64,000 nucleotides of DNA from Candidatus Peregrinibacteria bacterium (GCA_963708185.1 OY970195.1:896001-960000); one strand, 5' to 3'; shown: positions 9,208 to 18,250, counted from the first letter of the stretch. Numbers and translations are program-made. Notes: generated from the sequence alone by a model not told the origin.

Positions 9208-9655
9208 AACATTCAAGATTTGATAGTAACGATGAGATTATGTCACCCCCGAATCGATTTTCGGAAGGGGTGACCAACTGACCACAAGGACCTTTGACAG
9301 CCAGACTATATCAGAACCGAGAGGGTTGAGCGACCATCACTTCCGCTTTAGCGGGACAAGGTCCCTCCACCTTCTCTGCTCTGTGATGGCCCCCACTGAC
9401 CAACCGGGCCGACCCTCCAGCTGCCTGGTGACTCCTGTTAACCTTCGGGTTCTTGCAGTCACGCCAACAGGCGATCTTTGGCAAGATTGAAAACTTACGC
9501 CAAAACACAGCAGGATTAAACGGACTTTCTGGTCAATTGTCTACAAACACAAACAAATTCCACAAACAAAAACTCTCGAGCCGTAACTTTATTTTCTTTA
9601 TTTTACGGCCGCTAGATCAGGAATTTTCCCCCCGTACCACGTACGGGGTTTTTTT
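9208..9655 (+). ncRNA. Candidate ~450-nt structured non-coding RNA of unknown family
   Basis: Bounded by promoter and terminator; no credible ORF; about 10 nested helices, a C(UUCG)G tetraloop, and G-U pairs that form only on the + strand. Confidence 0.6.
9630..9655 (+). terminator. Rho-independent terminator
   Basis: CCCCGTAC-CAC-GTACGGGG followed by T7. Confidence 0.85.
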
Positions 9656-9729
9656 ATGCCCGGATGGCTGTACCAAAAAAAGAGCTCCCTTTCGGGATGG
9701 ATCCCGAGCAGGCTTAGCACCTCGCTCAT

Positions 9730-9757
9730 CGGGGTTCAATCCCCCGCGGCTCCACCA
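9730..9757 (+). other. Isolated 3' end of tmRNA/tRNA-Ala (T-arm, acceptor strand, CCA); possible att-site relic
   Basis: CGGGG-TTCAATC-CCCCG-CGGCTCC-A-CCA; no matching GGGGCCG 5' strand nearby. Confidence 0.65.
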
Positions 9758-10623
9758 TCAGCGTTTGAAATATCTACCCCCACCGAACCCCGAAGACGAA
9801 GGTAACGGTGGGCATCAGCAGGATTAGCGTAGTCCAAGTAGACCTGACCATTGCCCCAACCACCGTACGCAACAAGAGAAGATTCTGTCAAGTTCTTACC
9901 GTTGAGGACTGATAAGGTTTTTGGATCAACAGGTTTGCCTTCCGCCAGAGCTTTCATCATTAAAGTCAGATAGGCGTCTGCTCCTTCCATAACATCTAAG
10001 CCCATGTCTTCATATTTTTTCACCCAGAGTTTGCTCATTTCATAATTTGTTCTCTTGCCATCGTAAATTTCGGTATCGCGTTCAACATCTTGAACACCGT
10101 CAACGATTGAAACCCTCCATTTGTTTTCTGTCTTGGACTTTCCGCCATTCCAAAGAGCGTTATCTTTGAGGTCATAGGTGTACGTATCAGCCTTTTGACC
10201 TTTTGCAGGATACTTATTGATAGCCTCAACCTTAGATTGACGGGTTGTCGGTGGAACCAGGAGTAAAGTAGGTTCGGCAAGTTTGAGAGCTTTCTCAAGA
10301 ACTTCAGGAGAAAGGCCTTTCTTCACCTGCTCCCAGGTGGGAGCACCATCAGTTGAAATTTCGTAATGTTCCAGCACGGATTTCATTTTTGGATATTGCG
10401 CTTCGAGGTTCTCTAAAAGTTCCGCTTCCGGAAGTTCAAGATTTTCTCCTCCAATGAGTTCTTTGGCGTGTGTTCGAAAAACACCCTGCGTTTTGTTTTC
10501 GGTTGCGCGGCGCAGGTTTTCCACGGCTTTTTCTTCAACGGGCTGCTCCGGATTTTTTGGTTTACGCTTAAGTTTTTCAGACAGTTTTTCGGTATGATGC
10601 GCGAGTTTGCGGATGATTCCCAT
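9736..10623 (-). CDS. Putative DGR target-like protein with C-terminal variable region
   Basis: C-terminus VAYGGWGNGQVYLDYANPADAHRYLRLRGSV resembles DGR CLec-type VR ends; VR codons are mostly NNY. Confidence 0.7.
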   Translation of the reverse strand: MGIIRKLAHHTEKLSEKLKRKPKNPEQPVEEKAVENLRRATENKTQGVFRTHAKELIGGENLELPEAELLENLEAQYPKMKSVLEHYEISTDGAPTWEQVKKGLSPEVLEKALKLAEPTLLLVPPTTRQSKVEAINKYPAKGQKADTYTYDLKDNALWNGGKSKTENKWRVSIVDGVQDVERDTEIYDGKRTNYEMSKLWVKKYEDMGLDVMEGADAYLTLMMKALAEGKPVDPKTLSVLNGKNLTESSLVAYGGWGNGQVYLDYANPADAHRYLRLRGSVGVDISNADGGAAGD

Positions 10624-10632
10624 GGTAGAAAA

Positions 10633-12201
10633 TTACTGTTGCGGATTTTGCTGAGCCTGGGGTTCATTCATGGCTGCCTGTTGTGGAGCAGACTGGGGCC
10701 CAACTTGTGGCTGGATGTCGGGGGTGCCGACCGGTGCCATCGGTGCCTGCTGTGGAAGAGGTTCGTTGCTGTTTGGCTGCATATTGGGTTCGACATCAGG
10801 CAATGGCATTGCAACGTTTGAAGGAGTCTCCTGCGGGTTTGTATCAACTGGAGGGGCGGACACGATGGGCATGGAGGTTTCAGGTTCTTGCGATTCCTGG
10901 TTAGCTTGCTGCTGTTGCTGGTTTTGTTCTTTGCCGAACGTTTTGACTTCGGGTTCCACTCCCATGTTTTCGATGACGAATTGCGGACGCTGGGCTTGCG
11001 GTGCAGCGGGCTGTGCGGGCTGCTGCGACTGGGCTGGCTGGGATTCCGGCTGGGTCGCGGGCTGTTGCTCAGGCTGATTCTGGCCAGCCGCCTGTTGGAG
11101 CCAGACAGGCGTTTCCATCTGCGCTCCGCCCACACCGATTTGCTGGGCTTGTGGCACAGGCTGCTCAGGTTTGGCATTTTCCTGCTGTTGCAGAGCTTGC
11201 TGCTGCTGTTGTATGAGGCCCGGTTGTTTAGCCACGGCTTTCTTGTGTTTTTCAATATAGTTTTCAGCTTTCTGTTTGACGTCAGGCGGAACATCTTTGT
11301 CGAACACAATCTTGTCGGTCGGGTACGGCAATGACCAGCCTTTGCGATAAAAATCTTTATGAATCTGGCGCATTAGCGAACTGATCGGACGCATGATACC
11401 CTTTCTTGATTCAACCCAGCAGCGCAGCATGATCTTGTTGTAGTATGGTCCCGGCTGGCGGACGATGACATTCGGTTTTGGATGTTTGAGAATCCAGCGG
11501 CATTTATCAACGGACGCGTAGAGCTGATTGATGACCTCCGTGAGGTCCATGTACAGATCAACGCCGATAGTGAGATAAAAGCGTCGTTCGGGATAACTGG
11601 TGTAACTGATGACCTGGTTTTTGAACAGTTCGGAATTCGGAACGATGACTTTGGTTCCGTCGAATTTTTTGATGACGGTGTATCGTGACTGGATTTCCTT
11701 AATGATGCCCATAGTTCCTTTTACTTTGACCCAGTCGTTGATGGTGAACTGCTTTTGAAGGAGCACAATGATTCCGGAAACGAAATTCATGATGATATCC
11801 TGCATGGCAAAACCCACGCCGAAGGCGAGAGCAGCGATGATGGAAGTCAAATCCAGGCCGGCGATCTTGAGGCCCGCCGTGATGCCAATAAGCAATACTG
11901 CGGCGCTCGAGGTGCGGCTGGCTACGATCTGGATCTCCTTGTGCTCTTCTTCGATCCCGGCTTCGGTCAGACGGTTTTCCACCATCGATTTGACGATTCT
12001 GGAAAGGAACAGTGAAAGAACGATGACGATAAAACCGGTGATCCAGTAGGGAATAGAACTGAAAATGCTTTCAATGAGACCCTGCACTTGATTGCCGGTT
12101 GCTGCGGCGGCGGAAGCGGCAATATTGCCATTGCCGGATGTACCGCTCGTTTGGGCGAGAGCGACCGGGATATTCAGGATGAGGTTGAGGAACTTGTCCA
12201 T
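10633..12201 (-). CDS. MscS-family mechanosensitive channel with Gln/Pro-rich C-terminal tail
   Basis: GVGFAMQDIIMNFVSGI, F-INDWVKV, VPNSELF; ~200-aa Q/P-rich tail. Confidence 0.88.
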   Translation of the reverse strand: MDKFLNLILNIPVALAQTSGTSGNGNIAASAAAATGNQVQGLIESIFSSIPYWITGFIVIVLSLFLSRIVKSMVENRLTEAGIEEEHKEIQIVASRTSSAAVLLIGITAGLKIAGLDLTSIIAALAFGVGFAMQDIIMNFVSGIIVLLQKQFTINDWVKVKGTMGIIKEIQSRYTVIKKFDGTKVIVPNSELFKNQVISYTSYPERRFYLTIGVDLYMDLTEVINQLYASVDKCRWILKHPKPNVIVRQPGPYYNKIMLRCWVESRKGIMRPISSLMRQIHKDFYRKGWSLPYPTDKIVFDKDVPPDVKQKAENYIEKHKKAVAKQPGLIQQQQQALQQQENAKPEQPVPQAQQIGVGGAQMETPVWLQQAAGQNQPEQQPATQPESQPAQSQQPAQPAAPQAQRPQFVIENMGVEPEVKTFGKEQNQQQQQANQESQEPETSMPIVSAPPVDTNPQETPSNVAMPLPDVEPNMQPNSNEPLPQQAPMAPVGTPDIQPQVGPQSAPQQAAMNEPQAQQNPQQ

Positions 12202-12207
12202 GGATAA

Positions 12208-13551
12208 TTATTGCTGATTGGGTTGTGCCGGAGGATTTTGCTGGTTGTTTTGGTTTTCCGGACCTGATTGTGATTCGGTATTTCCGTCCTGCATCGTTGG
12301 TTGATTATTCACCGGTTCTTCCGGCAGGGGCTTGGAAGGCTGCTGAGAATTGTTACTTGGCTGGGCAAAGGCAGACGGCTTCATCTGTTCCAGAGTCTGC
12401 TGGGTTGCCTGTTGCGCGGACTGGGCTGCCTGGGGCGTGTTCGGAGGAAACGCGGGAGCCGGCTGCTGCGCCACGTTCGGCATGGGCATCGTCGTTACTT
12501 TGAGGAAGGAAGCTCCGCCCTGTTCCAAAGGTCTTTGTTCCTCGGCAATGGCGATGGGCTTGATGAGTTCATCGCGGTTTTTGGAAAGTTCGGTTTCTTC
12601 GTCTTTTCTCATTTTCATGATTCTGTTCAAATCTTCGGGACCGAGTGATTGAGTTTTCACAAACACTTCGTCATCGTCCGTATCGAACGTAAGCGACGTT
12701 GTCGGCCATGGAGAGTCGAGACCGGCCTGTTCGAGTTGCCGCTGGATCTCCATGAAGACTTTCGATTGAATACGTCGCCAGTAGCCTTTGGAATCCACCC
12801 AGAAACGCAACTCCAGGTAGACGTAATAATCGGCGAGGTCGATAAGGATGATGTTGGGTTTTGGACTTAGCATGATGTCCGTATGCGATTTCGCGACGTT
12901 CATACAGATGGCAAAGACCTGCTTCATGTCGATGCAGTAGCGGGTGTAGACCGGAACTTTCATACGTCGGAGCGGGTTGCTGGTGTAGCTCAAGACCTGG
13001 CTTTTGTAGAGTTCGGCGTTGGGAACAATGAGGCGCAAGCCGTTATAGGTATTGAGGTAGGTTGCTCTGACGCGGATGTCGGTCACTTTTCCCATTTTGC
13101 CGTTGACCTTGATCCAGTCGCCGATGCTGAATGGCTGCGAGGCAAGGATTCCGATGCCGGCCACGAAGTTGGAAATCGTGTCCTGCATTCCGAATGAGAT
13201 GCCGAAACCTATGGCCGCGATGAGGTTGGTAATGTTGATGCCCGCCACGGCGAGTGAAATCATACCTCCCACAACGATGACGGCCACGAAGGTCAAACGT
13301 CCTGAAATGATGAGAAACTCCTGATGCTCCGAGGTGATCCTGCTGGCAATTTTGCTTTCCACCATGTTTTTCAGAATCACTCCAAGGATGGCGGAAACGA
13401 TTAAAACGATAATCGCCGTAATCCAGAGTGGCAGATTTTCCAGTACAAATCCCAAAACGTCAAAGGCACTGCCCGCCGATTTTGCCGCGGCGTTCGTTGT
13501 CTGTGCCAAAACCGTTGGAATTCCAAAGATGAGGTTGATGAGATGGTCCAT
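12208..13551 (-). CDS. MscS-family mechanosensitive channel, paralog of the downstream gene
   Basis: GISFGMQDTISNFVAGI, PFSIGDWIKV, VPNAEL; Q/P/N-rich tail. Confidence 0.88.
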   Translation of the reverse strand: MDHLINLIFGIPTVLAQTTNAAAKSAGSAFDVLGFVLENLPLWITAIIVLIVSAILGVILKNMVESKIASRITSEHQEFLIISGRLTFVAVIVVGGMISLAVAGINITNLIAAIGFGISFGMQDTISNFVAGIGILASQPFSIGDWIKVNGKMGKVTDIRVRATYLNTYNGLRLIVPNAELYKSQVLSYTSNPLRRMKVPVYTRYCIDMKQVFAICMNVAKSHTDIMLSPKPNIILIDLADYYVYLELRFWVDSKGYWRRIQSKVFMEIQRQLEQAGLDSPWPTTSLTFDTDDDEVFVKTQSLGPEDLNRIMKMRKDEETELSKNRDELIKPIAIAEEQRPLEQGGASFLKVTTMPMPNVAQQPAPAFPPNTPQAAQSAQQATQQTLEQMKPSAFAQPSNNSQQPSKPLPEEPVNNQPTMQDGNTESQSGPENQNNQQNPPAQPNQQ

Positions 13552-13694
13552 CTTTTTTGTTTTGATTTTTCTTTATAGTATACCAAAAAATGGGCTTTTT
13601 AACAAGCCATTTTATGCCAACTTTGTCAATAAAACCTCGGTTGCCGACGAGGGGTTTTTTAGTACAATACGGAAGATTTCTTTACCTTATCGCC

Positions 13695-14483
13695 ATGGAC
13701 CTTCTTTTTACGGTTATCGGAACCCCCATTTTCCTTGTGATCGCCATTGTTTTGATCATCAGCATCCGCCAGGTGAACGAATATGAACGCGGTATTTTAT
13801 TCCAGTTCGGAAAGTTCAAAAGAATCCTGGACCCGGGCTGGCGGATCATTCTTCCCATCGTACAGTCGATGATCAAGGTCGATATCCGTACGAAAACCGT
13901 TGATGTTCCCGAACAGGAAACGGTGACGAGAGACAATATTCCCATCCGTATGAACGCCGTTATTTACTATAAAATCGTGGACGCCGCGAAGTCGGTGCTG
14001 GCGGTCGAGAATTTTTATTACGCCGTCACGCAGCTGGCTCAGGTCGCCATGAGGAACGTGGTGGGTCAGGCGAGCCTCGACGAGCTGCTGAAAAACCGCG
14101 AAGACATATCGAAAAAGATCGAGGAACATGTCGACGAAGCCACCAATCCCTGGGGCATCGACGTGGCGAGCGTGGAGCTCAAAGACATCGTGCTTCCCGA
14201 CAACCTGAAACGCACCATTGCCAAAGAAGCTGAAGCTGAACGTGAAAAACGCGCCGTGATTATCCAGTCCACGGGTGAAGTCCTGGCCGCTGAAAATATT
14301 TCCAAAGCCGCCAAGATGCTTGCCCAAAGCCCCGGAGCGCTTCATTTGAGGACGTTGCAGGCCATTGACGATCTTTCTTCCGACGAGTCCAACACTACGA
14401 TCTGGATGGTGCCGATCGAGGCTTTAAGAGCCCTGGAAGGGTTCAACGACTTCATGAAAAGCAAAGCAGCGAAAAAAGAGTAA
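13695..14483 (+). CDS. SPFH/band-7 (stomatin/slipin-like) protein
   Basis: N-terminal TM, EYERG, VDIRTKTVDVPEQETVTRDN, EAEAEREKRA, ALHLRTLQ. Confidence 0.92.
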   Translation: MDLLFTVIGTPIFLVIAIVLIISIRQVNEYERGILFQFGKFKRILDPGWRIILPIVQSMIKVDIRTKTVDVPEQETVTRDNIPIRMNAVIYYKIVDAAKSVLAVENFYYAVTQLAQVAMRNVVGQASLDELLKNREDISKKIEEHVDEATNPWGIDVASVELKDIVLPDNLKRTIAKEAEAEREKRAVIIQSTGEVLAAENISKAAKMLAQSPGALHLRTLQAIDDLSSDESNTTIWMVPIEALRALEGFNDFMKSKAAKKE

Positions 14484-14502
14484 TTCGGCTTTGACGGCTC
14501 TT

Positions 14503-15450
14503 TTACTGGCGCAGGAAGTTTCCGCCTTCCGTATCTTCATGCTGCGGTTCTTCCTCTTCCTCTTCCTCTTCTTCGCTTTCATCTGGGATGCCGTAGTCGG
14601 CTCCGTAACTTGTGCTCGTTGCTAAAAAGTCGACGCCGTAGTTCTGGTAGAGCCAGAAGTAGAACATGGCCACCGCTCCCTGGAAAAAGCCGATTGAAGT
14701 CCAAATCACCGGCAAAACGACAAAGAGTACCAGCGTTGTTCCGGTGCCTCCAAGGCCCGTGTACAGGAAAAAGCTGATCGCCGTCGCGACGAGGACGCCC
14801 AGAATGGTCGTGTAGACGCTGATGAGCGAGTAGCGATAGTCATGGATGAGTTCCATGATGAGCGCGCTGGCCGTGGCGCTTAAAATGATCTGGAGTCCGG
14901 CGACGTACGCCGTCAATTCAAGCCGCGTCGTGGAGGTCGTCAGGTAGATCGGCGCCACGAAGGCGAAAATAACGATGTTGATAATGAAAATCTGCGAGAG
15001 CGCCGTCGTGACGCGGTTGTAGCGCTCACGTTCGGTATAGGCGATGAGCAGCGGCGCGATCAAGCTTGAGACGATCGAAGTGGCGAAAATCATCGCCATA
15101 AGAACGAAAATAAACAGCGGGCTCACTTCCTGGGCCTGCGCTTCTGCAGGTGAAAGCACCGGCTGGAGGATCGATGACGTCAAAAGGAAAATCAGGAGAA
15201 GGATCAATGTTCCTGCGACTCCGCCGGCGAGACCGGCGAACGTTTTCAACACCAGCGTGAAAAAGGACATTTTGCGAGGTCCGTAATCCTGTTCGGGCTG
15301 CTGGGGCATTTGTTGCATTTGCTGCGCCTGCTGTGCAGGCATTTGCTCCATCGCGGGCATCTGTTCCTGGTACTGCCCGTTCTGGTTTTGATCGGGTGGA
15401 TAAGGGTTTTGCCCCGTCATTCCGCCTTGCTGATTTTGGTTTCCGTCCAT
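14503..15450 (-). CDS. Hypothetical integral membrane protein
   Basis: Q-rich N-terminus, about 6 TM helices, poly-Glu C-terminus. Confidence 0.75.
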   Translation of the reverse strand: MDGNQNQQGGMTGQNPYPPDQNQNGQYQEQMPAMEQMPAQQAQQMQQMPQQPEQDYGPRKMSFFTLVLKTFAGLAGGVAGTLILLLIFLLTSSILQPVLSPAEAQAQEVSPLFIFVLMAMIFATSIVSSLIAPLLIAYTERERYNRVTTALSQIFIINIVIFAFVAPIYLTTSTTRLELTAYVAGLQIILSATASALIMELIHDYRYSLISVYTTILGVLVATAISFFLYTGLGGTGTTLVLFVVLPVIWTSIGFFQGAVAMFYFWLYQNYGVDFLATSTSYGADYGIPDESEEEEEEEEEPQHEDTEGGNFLRQ

Positions 15451-15473
15451 GGTTTTTGTGTTAGGAACCGCAT

Positions 15474-15926
15474 TCAGGTTCTGCTATCTCTATGTATTCT
15501 ACCATAAAAAACCAGAATCAGGAAGATGCCGACGGTTAAAAGTGCGTCGGCGAGGTTGAAGACGGGGAAGTTCCCGACGGAAATGAAATCGATGACGAAG
15601 CCGCGCGCGAGGCGGTCAAACAGGTTTCCGAGCGCACCGCCGATGACCATACTGAGGAAAAACTGCGAGTCTTTCCGCCGCAAATCGATATGCTGGCTGA
15701 TGAAAATCGGCAGGATGATGAGCAGAAGCACGTTGATGATGCTCAGCCACGGCTGGGGGATGAAAATGCTCCAGGCAATGCCGACGTTTTGCTGGTACTG
15801 CAAGGAAAACCAGTCGCTCAACCGCAGCGGCGTGCGGAAATAAGCTGACGCGATCCACTTCAGGATCTGATCGGCGACAAAGAAAAACAGCACAGGGACC
15901 CCTACTTTGAAGTAACTTTTTTTCAT
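15474..15926 (-). CDS. lspA: Lipoprotein signal peptidase II
   Basis: ADQILK, NVGIAWS, GGALGNLFDR, VIDFI, FPVFNLAD. Confidence 0.95.
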   Translation of the reverse strand: MKKSYFKVGVPVLFFFVADQILKWIASAYFRTPLRLSDWFSLQYQQNVGIAWSIFIPQPWLSIINVLLLIILPIFISQHIDLRRKDSQFFLSMVIGGALGNLFDRLARGFVIDFISVGNFPVFNLADALLTVGIFLILVFYGRIHRDSRT

Positions 15927-16014
15927 ATGGCCATGATGCCCTCCCCCGGATTGCTTTTCAAGCCCGGCTTTGTTAGGATTGAGGCCACGGAATATTTCAT
16001 TCTTTCGCTTTTAC

Positions 16015-17211
16015 ATGAGGAAGAACCACGGTGACAAAGTGCTTTTTGCAATGATCTTAATCCTGATGTGTTTTGGGCTCGTGATGATTACGAGTATCGG
16101 CGTTCCCAAATCCATCCAGCTTTCCGCACCGAACATTCTGTATCCAAACTGCAGCGACCCCCAGGTGGATTGCTATCTGCTTTTCAAGAACCATCTTTTG
16201 CGTCTCTTCATCGGGACGATTTGTCTGCTCATCGCCATCAAAATCCCCATGAAGTTCTGGAAGAAAATTTCGGTGGTGTTTTTCGGGGGCATGGTCATTT
16301 TACTGTTTGTCCTGCTGATTTTAGGCTCCAAATATACGACCTTCGCCAGAAGCTGGCTGGTGATTTTGAACACTTCGATCCAGCCGATCGAGTTCGCCAA
16401 ACTCGCGTTGGTCTTGTACCTGGCGAACTGGCTCGAAAAAAAGAGCGGACAGGTCGATACGTTTGAATACGGATTCCTGCCTTTCTGTATCGTGACCGGA
16501 GTGATGGTCCTGCCGATTCTGCTTCAGCCCGACCTTGGAGGAACGCTCGTGGTGGGTATTATTGCCGTGGCCATGTATTACGCGGCGGGAGCGAGGCTGC
16601 GTCATCTGGCTTTGGGAGCGTTTATCGCTTTACTCGCGGGCATCATCATCGTTTCGAGCATCGGCCACGTGAGGGACCGCTTTCTTGCTTTCTTCAATGT
16701 GGACAAAAACTGCAGCGAGGATTACTGCTGGCAATCCGAACAGGCGAATATCGCCGTGGGAAGCGGCGGGTTCTGGGGAAAAGGTCTGACCCAGGGCGTG
16801 CAGAAATCTTACTGGCTGCCGCAGGCTTCCGACGATTTCATTTTTGCGGCATCGGCCGAAGAACTTGGATTTATCCGCATCTCTCTGCTTGTGATCATTT
16901 ACGCTGTCATCGCTTTCCGCGGATACAAAATCGCTTCCGCTTCGCAAAACAGGTTTACCCAGCTCACCGCGGTGGGTATTTCAACGTGGATCACGGCCCA
17001 GGCTTTCGTGAATATTGCCGTGAACCTGGCGCTGATGCCTGTCACGGGCATTACGCTGCCTTTCGTGAGCTATGGCGGATCATCACTGATATCGGTTATG
17101 ATTGCCGCGGGCATTCTGCTCCATATTTCTCAACAGCACTCCGATTATGCGTCTGGTTCTGACCGGCGGGGGAACAGGAGGACACATCATTCCCAATATC
17201 GCCGTTATTGA
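16015..17211 (+). CDS. ftsW: SEDS peptidoglycan polymerase FtsW
   Basis: ARSW, IQPIEFAK, QPDLG, GGFWGKG, DFIFA--AEELG, PVTGITLPFVSYGGSS; directly upstream of murG. Confidence 0.9.
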   Translation: MRKNHGDKVLFAMILILMCFGLVMITSIGVPKSIQLSAPNILYPNCSDPQVDCYLLFKNHLLRLFIGTICLLIAIKIPMKFWKKISVVFFGGMVILLFVLLILGSKYTTFARSWLVILNTSIQPIEFAKLALVLYLANWLEKKSGQVDTFEYGFLPFCIVTGVMVLPILLQPDLGGTLVVGIIAVAMYYAAGARLRHLALGAFIALLAGIIIVSSIGHVRDRFLAFFNVDKNCSEDYCWQSEQANIAVGSGGFWGKGLTQGVQKSYWLPQASDDFIFAASAEELGFIRISLLVIIYAVIAFRGYKIASASQNRFTQLTAVGISTWITAQAFVNIAVNLALMPVTGITLPFVSYGGSSLISVMIAAGILLHISQQHSDYASGSDRRGNRRTHHSQYRRY

Positions 17212-18250
17212 CGAGTTGCGTGCACGCTTTCCGGTGGCGGGTTCGCTCGACCTGCTCTATATCGGAAGCCGCGACAGCATGGAGCAAACCATGATGGAAG
17301 AACATGAGGTTCCTTTTGTGGCCATCAGCTGCGGAAAACTGCGGAGGTATTTTTCATGGAAAAACCTCGTGGATTTTTTCCGCATTCCCGTGGGTATCAT
17401 CGAGGCAACATTGGTGCTTTTGAAATTCCGTCCGGAAGTTATTTTTTGCAAAGGCGGGTACGTTTCTTTTCCGGTCGCGGTCGCGGGATGGATACTGGGA
17501 ATTCCCGTGGTCCTTCATGAATCGGACGTTTCTCCGGGCCTAGCCAATAAGCTTTGCGCAAAGTTCGCCAAAGTGATCTGCGTTTCGTTCGAAGAGAGCA
17601 GAAAATATTTCAAACAGAAAAAAGTCGTCCTCACCGGCAATCCGGTACGTCACGAACTCGCCCTTGCCGATGCGGAAACCGGATTTACATTCATGGATTT
17701 TGTTACGGATCTTCCCGTCGTGCTCGTGATGGGAGGAAGCAGCGGTGCGGAATTCGTCAACCAGCTGGTCTGGCGCAATCTCGAGTATCTGCTGCCGCAT
17801 TACCAGGTCGCTCATGTTTGCGGGCGCGGCAAAGTCCAGTCCGCGGAGAAGCTCTTGGAGCACCTTAAACCGGAACATCATAAATATATCGCCCACTACC
17901 GCGCCTTCGATTTTCTCGACCACGAAATGAAAGACGTTTATGCTGCGGCCGATGTGGTCGTGAGCCGCGCGGGAGCCATTTCGCTCGCGGAGATCGATTT
18001 TTTTGAAAAGCCGGCGATCCTCATTCCTTTGGGAAAATCTGCAAGCCGCGGCGACCAGATTTTGAACGCCGATATTTTCGCGAAAGGCCATTTGTGTAAA
18101 ATCCTCCATGAAGGTGAATTTTCAGACGTCGAGTTCATGGATGACGTCCGGGAAATGATCAAACACCGCAAAAGCGCTCACGTGGGCCACAGGAAAGAAG
18201 ACAAATTCCATGCCCTCGACAAGATTATCCGTTTACTGGAAAAACCATGA
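17147..18250 (+). CDS. murG: Lipid II GlcNAc transferase MurG
   Basis: TGGGTGGHI, GKLRRY, KGGYVS, HESD, GNPVR, GGSSGA, SRAGA, DQ--NA. Confidence 0.95.
   Translation: MRLVLTGGGTGGHIIPNIAVIDELRARFPVAGSLDLLYIGSRDSMEQTMMEEHEVPFVAISCGKLRRYFSWKNLVDFFRIPVGIIEATLVLLKFRPEVIFCKGGYVSFPVAVAGWILGIPVVLHESDVSPGLANKLCAKFAKVICVSFEESRKYFKQKKVVLTGNPVRHELALADAETGFTFMDFVTDLPVVLVMGGSSGAEFVNQLVWRNLEYLLPHYQVAHVCGRGKVQSAEKLLEHLKPEHHKYIAHYRAFDFLDHEMKDVYAAADVVVSRAGAISLAEIDFFEKPAILIPLGKSASRGDQILNADIFAKGHLCKILHEGEFSDVEFMDDVREMIKHRKSAHVGHRKEDKFHALDKIIRLLEKP

Noticed and set aside
9301-9312. Minus-strand GATATAGTC resembling the group I intron S element
   Set aside because: No matching R element or host gene; G-U pairs and the tetraloop favour the + strand.
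9208-9757. Whole region as an intact or permuted tmRNA
   Set aside because: No GGGGCCG 5' acceptor strand on either side, no tag ORF ending in a hydrophobic/Ala-Ala motif, and a terminator separates the structured region from the CCA end.
9508-9826. 11-nt match CAGCAGGATTA between the ncRNA (9508) and the VR (9816)
   Set aside because: Too short to exceed chance and does not extend; the ncRNA is not the DGR template repeat.
9311-9827. ORFs 9311-9508 (-) and 9453-9827 (+)
   Set aside because: Non-ATG starts, no protein-like features, and the + ORF runs through a terminator.
17147-17211. ftsW/murG 65-nt overlap; ugd/GT convergent overlap at 54958-55030
   Set aside because: Ordinary non-conserved tail extensions; both partners are intact.
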